A model generated the notes under the pieces. It saw only the letters and a program-made list of their open reading frames with translations, did no database searches and was not told the origin of the DNA. Positions 27,375-39,679 of a stretch of DNA of 64,000 bases are shown here, one piece after another. The stretch lies in assembly GCA_035221665.1 (NCBI GenBank), contig CM069132.1:118854001-118918000 (forward strand), read 5' to 3'. The first letter of the stretch is position 1, and each line of letters begins with the position of its first letter. The DNA comes from Okamejei kenojei. Lineage: Eukaryota. The position numbers and the translations under genes were made by a program.

Positions 27375-28060
27375 ACAATGGGATCTGGGGGTCCTTGTTC
27401 ATCAGTCAATGCAAGTAAGCATGCAGGTACAGCAGGCAGTGAAGAAAGTGAATGGCATGTTGGCCTTTATAACAAGAGGAGTATAGGATCAAAGGGGTCC
27501 TTCTGCAGTTGTGCAGGGCCCTAGTGAGACCACACCTGGAGCATTGTGTGCAGTTTTGGTCTCCAAATTTGAGGAAGGACGTTCTTGCTATTGAGGGAGT
27601 GCAGTGTAGGTTTACAAGGTTAATCCCCGGATGGCGGGTTTGTCATATGTTGATAGATTGGAGTGGCTGGGCTTGTATACTCTGGAATTTAGGAGGATGA
27701 GAGGGCATATAAGATTATTAAGGGTTTGGGCACACTAGAGGCAGGAAACATGTTCCCGATGTTCGGGAAGTCCAGAACCAGGGCCACAGTTTAAGTATGG
27801 GGTAAGCCATTTAGAACGGAGATGAGGAAACACTTTTTCACTCAGAGAGTTGTGAGTCTGTGGAATTCTCTGCCTCAGAGGGTGGTGGAGGCCGGTTCTC
27901 TGGAAACTTTAAAGAGAGAGCTAGATAGGGCTCTTGAAGATAGGGGACATGGGGAGAAGGCAGGAACAGGGTACTGATTGTGGATGATCAGCCATGATCA
28001 TATTGAATGGTGGTGCTGGCTTGAAGAGCTGTATGGCCTATTCCTGCACCTAGTGTCTAT
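27375..28060 (+). mobile_element. CR1 LINE 3' fragment nested in an older minus-strand CR1 (27110-28440)
   Basis: ORF 27509-27700 has ALVRPHLEHCVQFWSPNLRKD; 3' UTR is like 43960-44060. Confidence 0.9.
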
Positions 28061-29451
28061 GAACTTAAAGGCATGCCCTTTAGAATTTGATATTTCTATC
28101 CTGGGGAAAAGATTCTGACTGTTTAGCCTATCTATGCTTTTCATAATTTTATATATTTTTGTCAGATCTCCCCACAACCTCTGACACTCCGGTGAAAATA
28201 GTTCAATTCCAGTAAACCGCCTCTACAACCTTGCCAGAGCCTCCACATTCATGTACTGAGGTGACTAGAACTGCATGCAATACTCCAAATGTGGCCTAAC
28301 CAAAGTCCTATAAAGCTGAATCATGACTTCCTGACCTTTATACTCAGTGCCCCAACAAATGAAGACGGGCATATTATATGCCTTCTTCACCGCGCTTGCG
28401 TTGCCACTTTAAGGGGATGGTGGACTTCAACCCCGAGTACATTGGAGGCAACTGGAAGCAAACCAAATGTGAAGACATATATTTTTTAACTGCTGTGGAA
28501 TATTGAAGAAAAAATTGAAATATCACCATATTGAAGCACTGGATTTCCTTTGGCATTCAAAATATTTATCACGCAAGTCGTTTCTGCTTGAGAATTATAC
28601 ACATTGCTTTGACGGTTCGGCACTAATGAGTGAAAGCAACTCCTTATGCAATTTATTGTTTGAGATGAAGTATTGCAGATGCAGGAGGGACACAACAACC
28701 AGCCAGAGTAAATAATTACACTTTAATTGAACAAAATAGCTAACATGAAAGTCAATTAGTTGTTCGACATAATAATAGTGATTGAGCCTTTTCATGAATC
28801 TAATGCACAGATTATATGTATCTTCAGCTAATAGGACTTTCTCCTTTAATTCAATATAATCACATCAGAATATAGCCTGCATTTGTATTACTGGATTTAC
28901 ACCTACTATGGATACAGTATTGTAAATAATATCAGTTCGAGCTGTTGGGCCCATTCTTCCTTCTACTGTTCTTTTACTGTTTATCCACCTGGAAAACCTT
29001 CAGGGTTTCCTTAAATGTTTATGGCCTATTTACCTTCACAGTCTCTCATTTTTGCCTCTTGGGTCCATTCTTAGCCCACAAAAATCAGCCCTTGTCCAAT
29101 GTAGTACTTTTAATTAAAATGAATTATTCTATTATTCACAGCAAATCTGAGCCACAAGATGCCATAAATTATGCAGCTTCATTGACCCGTCTAACCTGTA
29201 GGGGCACTACCTCTCCCAGAATTTATGTCGGTGCCCCAAGCAACTTAAACTCTCATACACAACTTTTACCCATGTTTTATGCTTTGTCTATCCTCCTATA
29301 GACTATTTTAGCAATGGTATAAAAGTCAGAAAAGGACAGAAGTCTCTGCTTTGTAAAATAAGGAGCCACCATTGCTGGATATAGTTATAGCAATGAGACT
29401 GTTTCCTGTTGGCACTCATAATAATCCAAGGATTTGAAGTATTTCTTTTTA

Positions 29452-30920
29452 ATAGAGTCATAGAGTGATACAGTGTGGAAACAGGCCCTTTGGCCCAACT
29501 CACCCACACTGGAAAACAATGTTACAGCAACTCTAGTCCCACTTGCCAGCACTTGGTCCATGTCCCTCCAAACCTGTCGTATCCACGTGTCTGTCTAATT
29601 GTTTTTTTAATTATGGGATAGTCCCAGCCTCAACGATCTCCTCTGGCAGCTTGTTCCATATGCCCACCACCCATTGTGTGAAAAAGTTATCCCTTGGATT
29701 CCTATTAAATATTTTCCCCTTCACTTTGAAGCTGTGTCCTCTAGTCCTCGATCCCCCGATCCCCCTACTCTGGGCAAAAGACTCTGTGCATCTACCCGAT
29801 CTATTCATCTCATGATTTTGTATACCTCTATAAGATCTCCCCTCATCCTCTTGCTCTTCATGGAATAGAGACCAAGCCTACTCAACCCCTCCCTATTGCT
29901 CTCACCCTCTAGTCCTATTAACATCCTCGTAAATCTTTTTTGAACACTTTCAAGCTTGACAATATTTTTCCTGGTGCCCAGGACTGAAAACAATATTCTA
30001 AATGCTGTCACACCAACGTCTTATACAACTGCAAGATGACCTCCCAACTTCTATACTCAATACTCTGACTGACGAAGGCTAAAGTGCCAAAAGCCTTTTT
30101 GACCACCTTATCTACCTGCGACTCGACCTTCGAGGAACCATGCACCTGTACTCCTAGATCCCTCTGCTCTACAAAACTACCCAGAGGCCTACCATTTACT
30201 GTCTAGGTCCTGCACTTGTTCGACATCCCAAAATGCAACATCTCACATTTTTCTGCATTAAATTCTATCAAACATTCCTCCGCCCACCTGGCTAATCAAT
30301 CAAGATCCTGCTGCAATCTGTCACAACCACCTTCACTATCTGCAAAACCACTAACTTTTGTATTATCAGCAAACATTGCCCTGTATGATTTCATCCAAAT
30401 CATTGATGTAGATGACAAACAGTATCGGGCCCAGCACCGAACTCTGAGGCACACCACTTGTCACATGCCTCCAGTCTGAGAAGCAACCTTCCACTATCAC
30501 CCTCTGCTTCCTTCCATGGAGCCAATTTGTTATCCATTCAACTATCTTTCCTTGGATCCCATGTTATCTATCCTTCCAGAGCAGCCTACCATGCGAAACC
30601 TTGTCGAATGCCTTACTGAAGTCCATGTACACAACATCTACAGCTCTTCCCTCATCAACCTTTTTGTCACATCTTCAAAAAAATCAATCAGATTTTCAGC
30701 ATGGTTTTGTACATCTCCCATGTACAAAACCATGCTGACTATCCCCTAATCAGCCTTTGCCCATCCAAATGCCTGTATATCCTATCGCTCAGAATACTCC
30801 CCAGTAATTTACCAACTACAGATGTTAAGCTCACCGGCCTAGAGTTCCCAACATTTTCCCTGCAGCCCTTCTTGAAAAGAGGCACAACATTTGCCATCCT
30901 ACAGTCTTTCGGCACCTCTA
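29452..30920 (-). mobile_element. CR1 LINE (RT through 3' tail)
   Basis: Minus-strand peptides GIWNKLPEE and RMRGDLIEVYKIMR; (atagagtc) tail at 29452-29467. Confidence 0.9.
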
Positions 30921-31200
30921 ATCAATGTCCTTGTTCTCTAAAATTCATCTGCAGGCACTTCCTTTTTTCTACCTATATTGTTGATTGCTGATACATAGAA
31001 ACAAACATAGAAACATAGAAAAATAGGTGCAGGAGGAGGCCATTCGACCCTTCGAGCCAGCACCGCCATTCAAAGTGATCATGGCTGATCGTCTAAATTC
31101 AGTACCCTGTCCCTACTTTTTCCTCATATCCCTCGATTCCTTTAGCCCTAAGAGCTAAATCTGACTCACTTTTGAAAGCATACTTTTGATGTATACTTTT

Positions 31201-31458
31201 GCGTAGGAGTGAACTGCAGATGCTGGTTTAAACTGAAGATGAACACAAAACTTTTTGCATATCTTTCATTCCTTGTTCTTTACCTCTCCACATCATTGCC
31301 TATATCTCTCGTTTCCCTATCCCTATGCTAATGTTTCCCTTTCCACTCATTTCCCTTATCCCTGAAGAAGGGTCTTGACCAGAAACGTTCACCCATTCCT
31401 TCTCTCCAGTGATGCTGCTTGTCCTGCTGAGTTACTCCAGCTTTATGGGTCTATCTTA
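31201..31458. mobile_element. Penelope pLTR insertion with inverted head and 12-bp TSD
   Basis: atgtatactttt at 31189-31200 and 31459-31470; the first ~50 bp are in opposite orientation to the rest. Confidence 0.8.
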
Positions 31459-31999
31459 ATGTATACTTTTCTCTGACTAGACAGTCAGAACTTTTTCCCC
31501 ACGTTGGAGATATCAAAGACTAGAGGACATATCTAAATGGAAAGAGGTACAAACTTTAAGGGAGATGTGCAGTGTAAGTTTTTTAAACAGAAGTACTGGG
31601 TGCCTGGAACATGCTGCTTGGGGTGATGGTGGAGGAAGATATGAAAGGGACATTTCAGAGATTCTCAGAAAGGCACAGGATATGCAGGGAATGGAGAGAT
31701 CTGGATCACGTTCAAGCAGAGAAGATTAATGTAACTTGGCACTATGTTCAGCACAGACTTTGTGGGCTAAAAGGCCTGTTCCTGTGCTATACGTTCTTGC
31801 CTTTGATCTCCCAAAATTCAACGTCACACTTGTCTGAATTAAACTCCCTTATCCATTTCTTTGCCAAAATTTCCAACTGATCTATATCCTGCTGTGTCTA
31901 CTGACAAGCTTCCTCACTATCCACTACTCACCAATACTCTTGTAATCTGCAAATGTACTAATCAGACCACCTATATCTTCATTATTGTTAGTGGTGTTT

Positions 32000-32680
32000 A
32001 TAATAGTGCCTTAAGATGTTTGCTGTAAGCAGCCCAAGACTCCAAAACACATTGGAGGCAGGGAACACTATCCCCTGACAGGCCAAACGCTCTGTGCCAG
32101 GTCTGAGATGTTGGTGTTCAGATACACTTTTCCTCAATCAATCCAAGGTTCTGCTGATGTGTGCAGGTAGATGTGAATTTCATCCTCACTATCTGCCTTT
32201 ACTAAGAAGCGGCTCCTGCGATTGACAGATGCATGGTCTCTCATTATTCACTCTACTCTCTTAGAGTTTCTGCAATGGCATCCTTGACACAATAGTTCAC
32301 AATGGCATCCTTGATAGCAGGAGGACGACATTTGCAGTCGTAGAATTGCCTGTATTTTCACTTATCTAATGAGTGTCCTATAATGATTGCACTCCCAATC
32401 TCCGTCCTTACCTCGTGCACTGGCACTGTTGACCCACCCGTAGTGCCCTGAACTTTGCTTTGGCTGTAATTTCCAAGTAATCTTTGCCCTCATCAGCATT
32501 CAGAGCTGAATACTGCAGTGTTGTAACGACTGTGAACTGAATACATCCCAGCATCATCAGTATCTCATGGGATGTAGCATAGTTACATCTGGAGTAAAAT
32601 CGCTTCTCTCTACCAAATTTTATTTTCATCCCACTTATATTTCTCAGTTTTTCCAAATCCGTGGAGTGCAATAGGGTCCA
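32000..32680 (-). pseudogene. Probable ancient Gypsy-type LTR retrotransposon pol remnant (protease to RT start)
   Basis: Weak ordered resemblance to Gypsy pol: ISGMKIKF..RCN (cf. INGxxIKFxxDTGAxCN), ILMMLGCIQFTV, PPAIKDAI..KDAIAE, LVKADSEDEIHIYL, PPMCFGV (cf. RMPFG); stop codons present. Confidence 0.45.
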
Positions 32681-33750
32681 CTGGGAAAGAGATTACAGGA
32701 ACTCATTTCACATGGCACCTTTATAACAAGCATATTGCATCTGTCTGTCTAGTCTGGTCCAGAAATTAAAGTACCTCTATTAACCCCTTTTAGCTTTATT
32801 TCTCACTGTCTTTCCTGCAAAAAAAAATTATCAATGCTGTGAAAAAGCCAATTATATATTTCAAAAATTCCATTTGTATCTGGTTTTCTCTACAGAAACA
32901 CTTCATTGGCAGATGTCCAACATTTCAGATTAGTTTATTGCCACATGAAATTCCTCATTGCAATGAAATTCCTCATTGACATGAAGCTCACAGTAGACAG
33001 TATACATACATGCAGTGTTGATAAATTGAACAGTAAATACAAAAGGAAATAAAAAACTATAGAATGATGCACAATTTTAGTACATTCTGAACCAGTGCAA
33101 AAAAAATTGAAGTAGAATATTGGATTAACTGAATGAGGTAGTTAAAAGTAAGGATAAAAGGACATACCTTTAGAACTCAGAATAAAAAGGGCGTACCTTT
33201 AGAAAGGAAATGAGGAGGAATTTCTTTCCCTAGCCAGAGGGTAGTGAATCTGTGGAATTCATTGCAACAGATGGCTGTGGAGACCAAGTCAATGGGCACT
33301 TGTAAAGCAGAAAGTGACAAATCTTGATTAGTAAGGGCATCAAAGGTTATGTGGAGTAGGCAGGAGAATGGGGTTGAGTGAAGGATAGGTCAGCCATGAT
33401 TGAATGGCCGAGTAGACTTGATAGGCTTCCTTATATCAATAATTAACTAATTTGTCTTGCTGGCGTTAAGGGTTAGGTTGTTCTGACACCAAGATACTCA
33501 AACCTTTACATTGGGTATTGTGGTGTTGAAAGCTAAGCTGTAGTCAATGAATTGCATCTGATATAGGTGTTCTTATGGTCCAAGTGATCCAGAGCTGAAT
33601 GTAGTGCAAAGAGACGGTGCTCTGTATTTTCGCTTGTGCACACATTGCAAAGGTTCTAAATTATCTGGAAGACGTGGGCCATTATCAATCTTTCAAAGCA
33701 CTTCATTATGTTTATTGGATCATAATTGACAGCAATTGGATATTTTGAAG

Positions 33751-34658
33751 AAAAATTGACTAAAGACGCAGCCAACCCCCATCCTGAGCTTATCCCAGCT
33801 GAAACACTCAGTACCACATACTTCATTTCATACGGATTTTGCATAAACTGGTAAAAAAGTGACATAACCTGAATTTCTAGTCATGCACTCGATAGAGTCT
33901 GAAATATACGGGTGCTGAATGTTCTTAGTATTTAATATTCCATATCTCCCGAGGTAGAGTGAGCCATGAGATGGTCAGGTAGCGGTTGCAAGCTTTCCAA
34001 TCAAAGTGATTGAAGGTGAGGGAGAGAAAGAGAGATGTTTCGAGGCAGATGAAATATTGAAATATTTGCATAGTCCAATTGCATAGTCTCAACCTAAAAT
34101 GGATTAGGTTTAGGCTTATGATTGTCATGTGTACCAAGGTACAGTGAGAAGCTTTATTTTGCATTCTATTGAATCAGATCGTATAATACTGCACATAAAT
34201 ACCAGCAGGTCAAATCAAGTATAATAGATAGAGCAAAGGAGAAGATACAGAGTGCAGAATATAGTTCCCAGCATTGCCTTGCAACAGTTCCATAGATAAA
34301 ATGCAGTGTCCACAATTTAGTAGAGGTAAATCAGACAGTACCCTAATTTAGGGTTGGACCGTTCAGAAGCCTGATAATAAAGGACATCCTTCTGCCTCCA
34401 CAGATGCTGACTAACCCATTGAGTTGCTCCAATAGTTTGTTTTTATTTTGCCCTGCGGTGTCCTGTATCTCTAAATATATAAACCCAACGATTTGTTGGA
34501 CATAATACGACAAGATCCAGCCGTGCGTTCCCAGTGTTCATTGTGCTTCGGGCAAACCTGCTGCTGCTTTTTGATCAGTCTTTTTGATCAGGGCTAACTT
34601 GCTTCCATTCCAGGTCTGCATGGACCGAGGTGGCTGATGAGGCCAATGTGGGTTTGTC
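33751..34658 (+). repeat. Diverged local duplication, copy 1
   Basis: Shares colinear blocks with 35230-36471, e.g. atctcccgaggtagagtga.ccatgagatggtcaggtagc and gaggtggctgatgagg.caatgtgg.tttgt. Confidence 0.9.
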
Positions 34659-35229
34659 AAAACACTTTATTATGTCAATGTTAGAGCTACTAGGCAGTAG
34701 CCATTGAGATAGGCTTGTTTTATTTGCCTTGGGGACTGGAATAATGAAGATTTCCTTAAAGCAGGCTGGTACATTAGACTGTTGATGTGAGAAGTTGAAG
34801 ATGATGGGGAAGACTGGCCAGTTGATTGGTGCACAATTTCAGAAGCCTCTCCAGGATGACTGCTTTCTGAGAGTTTACTCTCATGAAAGAGGATCTGACT
34901 TCTGCTACCAAGATGTGCCGGACAGAGTCAGTGGGGGATGGGGATATGGGCCGTGTTGTAACTTTGCCCGCTACAAACCAACCTCTACAGTACAATGGCT
35001 GGACCATATTGATACAACTTTATTCCCATCCATCCTCAAAGCTCCGAGAAATGAGCAGAGCAAGGGGATCAATAAGGAAGAAAAAATAGCTTTAAGATAA
35101 TCTTTCAACATTCTGAGTGTGGATTCCTCCTCCCACTGCGAGACGCAAAGTGCAAAATCAAATGGGAAATGATTCCGGTCTGATTTTCCTCTGTATGTGT
35201 GAAGAATAGGGTCTGGAAATTCTCGAAAA

Positions 35230-36471
35230 AAAACTGACTATAGATGCAGCCAAACCCCATCCCTAGCTGATCTGAGCTGATGCACTCAGTACTACCTACA
35301 CTTCATACAGACTATGCATGAATGAGTACAAAATTGACCTGATCTGAATTTCTAGGTGAAAACATAGTCAAACACTCAATAGAGTCTGCTACTGTATATA
35401 CTGGAGCTGAATGTTCCTATCCATTAAGATTCCAGATCTCCCGAGGTAGAGTGAACCATGAGATGGTCAGGTAGCAGTTGCAAGCTTTCCAATCTAAGTG
35501 ATTGAAGGTGAGGTCGAGAAAGAGAAATGTTTCGAGGTGTAAATTACTCGTATCTAAGCTTCCCCCCAGTCTAGTTTCAGTAAAAAGATTGAATCAAGCA
35601 CTTGAACAACTAATCTTTATTTTAACAAAAGCGCAATTACAGTTCAACTGCTGTACCTATCCATTTTAAAGTTCTAGCCTCTCCGATCTGGCCAGGATTA
35701 ACAGAGGCACATTAAATATTTAAATATTTGCATTGTCCTAATGCATAGTCTCGACCTAAAATGGATTAGGTTTGGGGTTACATTTGTCACTTGTGCCAAG
35801 GTGCAGTGAGACGCTTTAGTTTGCATTGTATTGCTAAATCAGATTAGAAAACAGATCCGATAATGATGTATATAATACCAGCAAGTTTAGTTTGGTTTAG
35901 AGGTACTTCACAGAAACAGGCCCTTCGGCCCACTGAGTCCAGTCCGACCAGCGAACCCGGCACATTAGCACTATCCTACGTACACTAGAGACAATTTACA
36001 CATACACCAAGCCAATTAACCTACGTACCTGTTCATCTTTGAAATCAAGTACCATAGATAGAGCAAAGGAGAAGATACAGAATATAGTTCTCAGCACTGT
36101 TGGGCAACAGTTCCATTGACAAAATGCAATGTCCGCAATTGGGTAGAGGTGAATCGGACAGTACCCTTGTTTATGTTTGGACCAATCAGGAACCTGATAA
36201 TAGAGGTCATCCTTCTGCATCCACAGATGCTTCCTTGCCCATTGAGTTGCTCCAGTAGTTTGTTTTTTGTTTTGCCCTGAGGTCTCCTGTATCTCTCAAT
36301 ATATAAACCCAACAATTTGTTGGACATAATCCGACATGATCCAGCCGTGCTTCCCAGTGTTCATTATGCTTCACGTAAAGCTGCTGCAGATTCTTGATCA
36401 GTCTTGTTGATAAGTGCTAACTTGCTTCCACTCCAGGTCTGAGGTGGCTGATGAGGGCAATGTGGATTTGT
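35230..36471 (+). repeat. Diverged local duplication, copy 2 (extra ~35540-35712 and a SINE 3' piece at ~35886-36042)
   Basis: Colinear with 33751-34658. Confidence 0.9.
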
Positions 36472-36679
36472 AGATTCTGTCTCAGTTGGGATGCAGAAAA
36501 TTGGAATGGGACGGTGTAATAGGAGATAATGCTCTGTTCTTCCAGGCCAAAACTAAATCTAGAGCAAGATAAACCCACATTAGCATAACAGAGTGCATTT
36601 CATTATTGTTAAAGTGGAAGTCAGCAGTTCCTGTCTGGAGAACTGAGAAAGGGAGGGGCGCTCTTGGATATTTGGAATA

Positions 36680-37420
36680 GATTTGGCAAACGCACAAACA
36701 AGTCTTTTGTCTAGAGTAGGGGAATCAAGATCCAGAGGACATAAGGTTAAGGTTAGGGGGGAAAGATTTAATGGGGACATGAGGGGTAACTTTTTCACAC
36801 AAAGGATGGTGGGTGTATGGAACGAGCTGCCGGAGGAGGTAGTTGAGGCAGGTACTATCGCTACATTCAAGAGACATTTCGACAGGTACATAAATAAGGT
36901 AGGTTTAGAAGGATATTGGCCAAAAGCAGGCAGGTGGCATTAGTGTGGAAGGCACTGGGCCGGTACTCGCTGAAGTTCAGAAGAATGAGGGGGAGCCTCA
37001 TTGAAATGTGCAGAATAGTGAAAGGCTTGGATAGAGTGGATGTGTGGAGAGAATGTTTCCACTAGTGGGATAGTCTAGGGCTAGAGGTCAGAGCCTCAGA
37101 ATTAAAGGACACTCTTTTAGGAAGGAGATGAGGAGGAATTTATTTTGTCACAGAAGGCTGTGGAGGCCTACAGTGGAAATATTTAAGGCAGAGATAGATA
37201 GATTATTGATCAGTGCAGGTGTCAGGAGTTATGAGGAGAAGGCAGGAGAACGGGGTTAGGAGGGAGAGATACTGTAGATCAGCCATGATTGAATGGTGGA
37301 GTAGACTTCATGGGCTGAATGGCCTAATTCTGCTCCTATCACTTATGATCTTAGATGGGGCATGTTGGTTGGCATGGGCAAGTTGGGCTAAAGGGCCTGC
37401 TTCCACACTGTATCTCTATG
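36680..37420 (+). mobile_element. Nested CR1 3' fragments
   Basis: ORF 36683-36943 has GESRSRGHK..GVWNELPEEVV; a second CR1 3' end is inserted at ~36950-37350. Confidence 0.85.
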
Positions 37421-37685
37421 CATCAACATTTTTTCTCTGTCTTAGCATTCATTGCTATGGCTCATTGTATTAAGCCTTATTAGAATCCATCTGTTGTATA
37501 CATGCACTGTATAGCAATACTCCTCCTCATTGTGTGATGCCTGAAAGTGATGACATTCAGTACTCTTCCTCATTGTAAATGATGCCTGAAAATACTGGTC
37601 TACTTTATCTATAAAATTCAAATCGATCATTGTTACACTACAATCAGGAATGCATATCGCTCTAGACAAAAATGCTGGAGAAACT

Positions 37686-38567
37686 CATTAAGACCATTAA
37701 TCCTTGGCTTTTTGGGTACGGGAACAATAGTGGAGATTTGAAGCAGGCAGGGACAGTGCAAGGTTTGCAGGGAACAATTGAAAATGTCTGTGCAGACTGG
37801 TGCCAGTTAATCGGCACAGAGCTTGAGGGTAGAGGGGGAAATATTGTCCGGTGCTGGAGATTTCCGTCTTTTCTATCTCCTGCATAGCTTTTCCACCTCC
37901 TCAATTGCTATTGTTAGTGATGGAAAAGTGGCCAGACTGATGTTGGGCAGCATGGTGGGGGTGGGTTGTGGACGAAGGCCCAGTCTTTGTAGACTGAAGT
38001 CAGACTGTAAGTGGATGTGAAGTGGTGATTGGGGAAGAGTGGGTGGGGGAGGAAGGGAGAGGGTACTGGGGTTATGTTTCTGTCTATCGAACATGCAGTA
38101 GAATTCGTTCAGGACGTTGGTCAGCTGGCGATTGTCCAAGGAGTGGGGGGTTTTCCTATAGTAGCTGATGATTTTTTGCAAGCCCTTCAAAACTGAAGAA
38201 GAGTCATTAGCTGAGAACGTGCTCCTCAACTTCTCAGAGTGCCTTTCCTATTGTTCCCTGCAAACCTGCACTGTCCCTGCCTGCTTCAAAGTCTCCACTA
38301 TTGTTCCCGTACCCAAAAAGCCAAGGATTACTGGTCTTAATGACTACAGGCCTGTCGCACTGACCTCTGTAATCATGAAGACCGTTGAAAGACTTGTGCT
38401 GGCCCACCTGAAAAATATCACAAACCCCCAGTTTGCATTCTGGGCAAATAGAGCAGTGGATGACACAGTCAACCTAGACTCGCACTTCATCTTCCAGCAT
38501 CTAGACCGCCAGGGGACCAATGCAAGGATTTTGTTGGTGGATTTTAGCTCTGCTTTCAATACCATTT
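37686..38567. mobile_element. Rex1/Babar LINE fragment with internal inversion (minus 37686-38249, plus 38250-38567)
   Basis: Plus strand: [41 protein letters not shown]. Minus strand: LNEFYCMFD. Confidence 0.9.
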
Positions 38568-39679
38568 CGAGTCATAGCGTGATACATTGTGTATACAGGC
38601 CCACACCGGCCAACATGTCCCAGCTACACAATTCCCAACTGCCCGCATTTGGACTGTATCCCTCCAAAGCTGTCCTATCCATGTACCTGTTTCTTAAATG
38701 AACATCTATTTCTTAAATGTTAGGATAGTCCCTGCCTCAACTACCTCCTCTGGCAGCTTGTTCAATACATCCACCACCCTTTGAGTGAAATTTACATTTG
38801 TCCCACATTATACCTTTCATGATTACATTCTTCACATTTATTTAGTACTAATCTTATGCCCATGGCAGTTCTAGGTGATATCCTAACGATCCTATTCCCT
38901 CATTTATTTCCTGTAATCCATTCTCTCTCACATGCCCACCATCTGCATCAACATGACGGTAGCCAGTTCAACATCCTGAACATCGCTGTGGTATGTGAGT
39001 AAACTGGAACATCCAGGAAAAACCATTGTGTTTACTGGGACAACATGTACAATCCACACAGCTCTGGATGTCAGAATTGAGTTGTGACGTTCCAGCACTA
39101 TCTACTGTGCTACCACCTTGCTACCATCTTTCCATACTTGATTCCTGAGGTGTTTGGTTTAAGATTGAGGTTAAATTTATTGACGTCATGTGTACCGAGG
39201 TACAGTGAAAAGCTTTATTTTACATGCTATCCAATCAGTTCAGATAATACTGTAAAATAATATATTATCAAATCAAACACAAGTGCAATAGGGAGAGCAA
39301 AGGGGAAGGTACAGACTGCAGAATATAGTTCCCTGCATTGGATTTTATTGAAAACATTCTCAGAAAAACTGTGCATAAAAACAAATGAAATGCACCAGAA
39401 TCACACAATTTAAATTTAATTTAAACAACCCTAAATTATAGATGAGTCTGACAAGATCTTCCACTCTAATCATAGACTAGCCTTTTTTCTAAATTGCTGC
39501 TTTGCAAATAGCCGGCTAAACTAACCGAAAGAACAGAGAAGGGAATTTTTTCTGAAGTGCCCATCAAATTTTGAATGGAATTGAATTGAATTGAATAAAT
39601 GTTATTATCCAAGTATGTATACATACAAGGACTTGGGCTTGGTGCTTTGCTCGCAAGTAACAACACGATATATAATTTA

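Noticed and set aside
28540-28860. Possible conserved non-coding element (also ~10000-10380 and ~25600-26050)
   Set aside because: Non-repetitive-looking, but conservation cannot be judged without alignments.
33925-34060. Duplicated exon-like block (also at 35430-35530)
   Set aside because: The minus-strand CNRYLTISWLTLPREI resembles a LINE endonuclease remnant (YLTIKCRPFYLPREF-like); no convincing splice sites.
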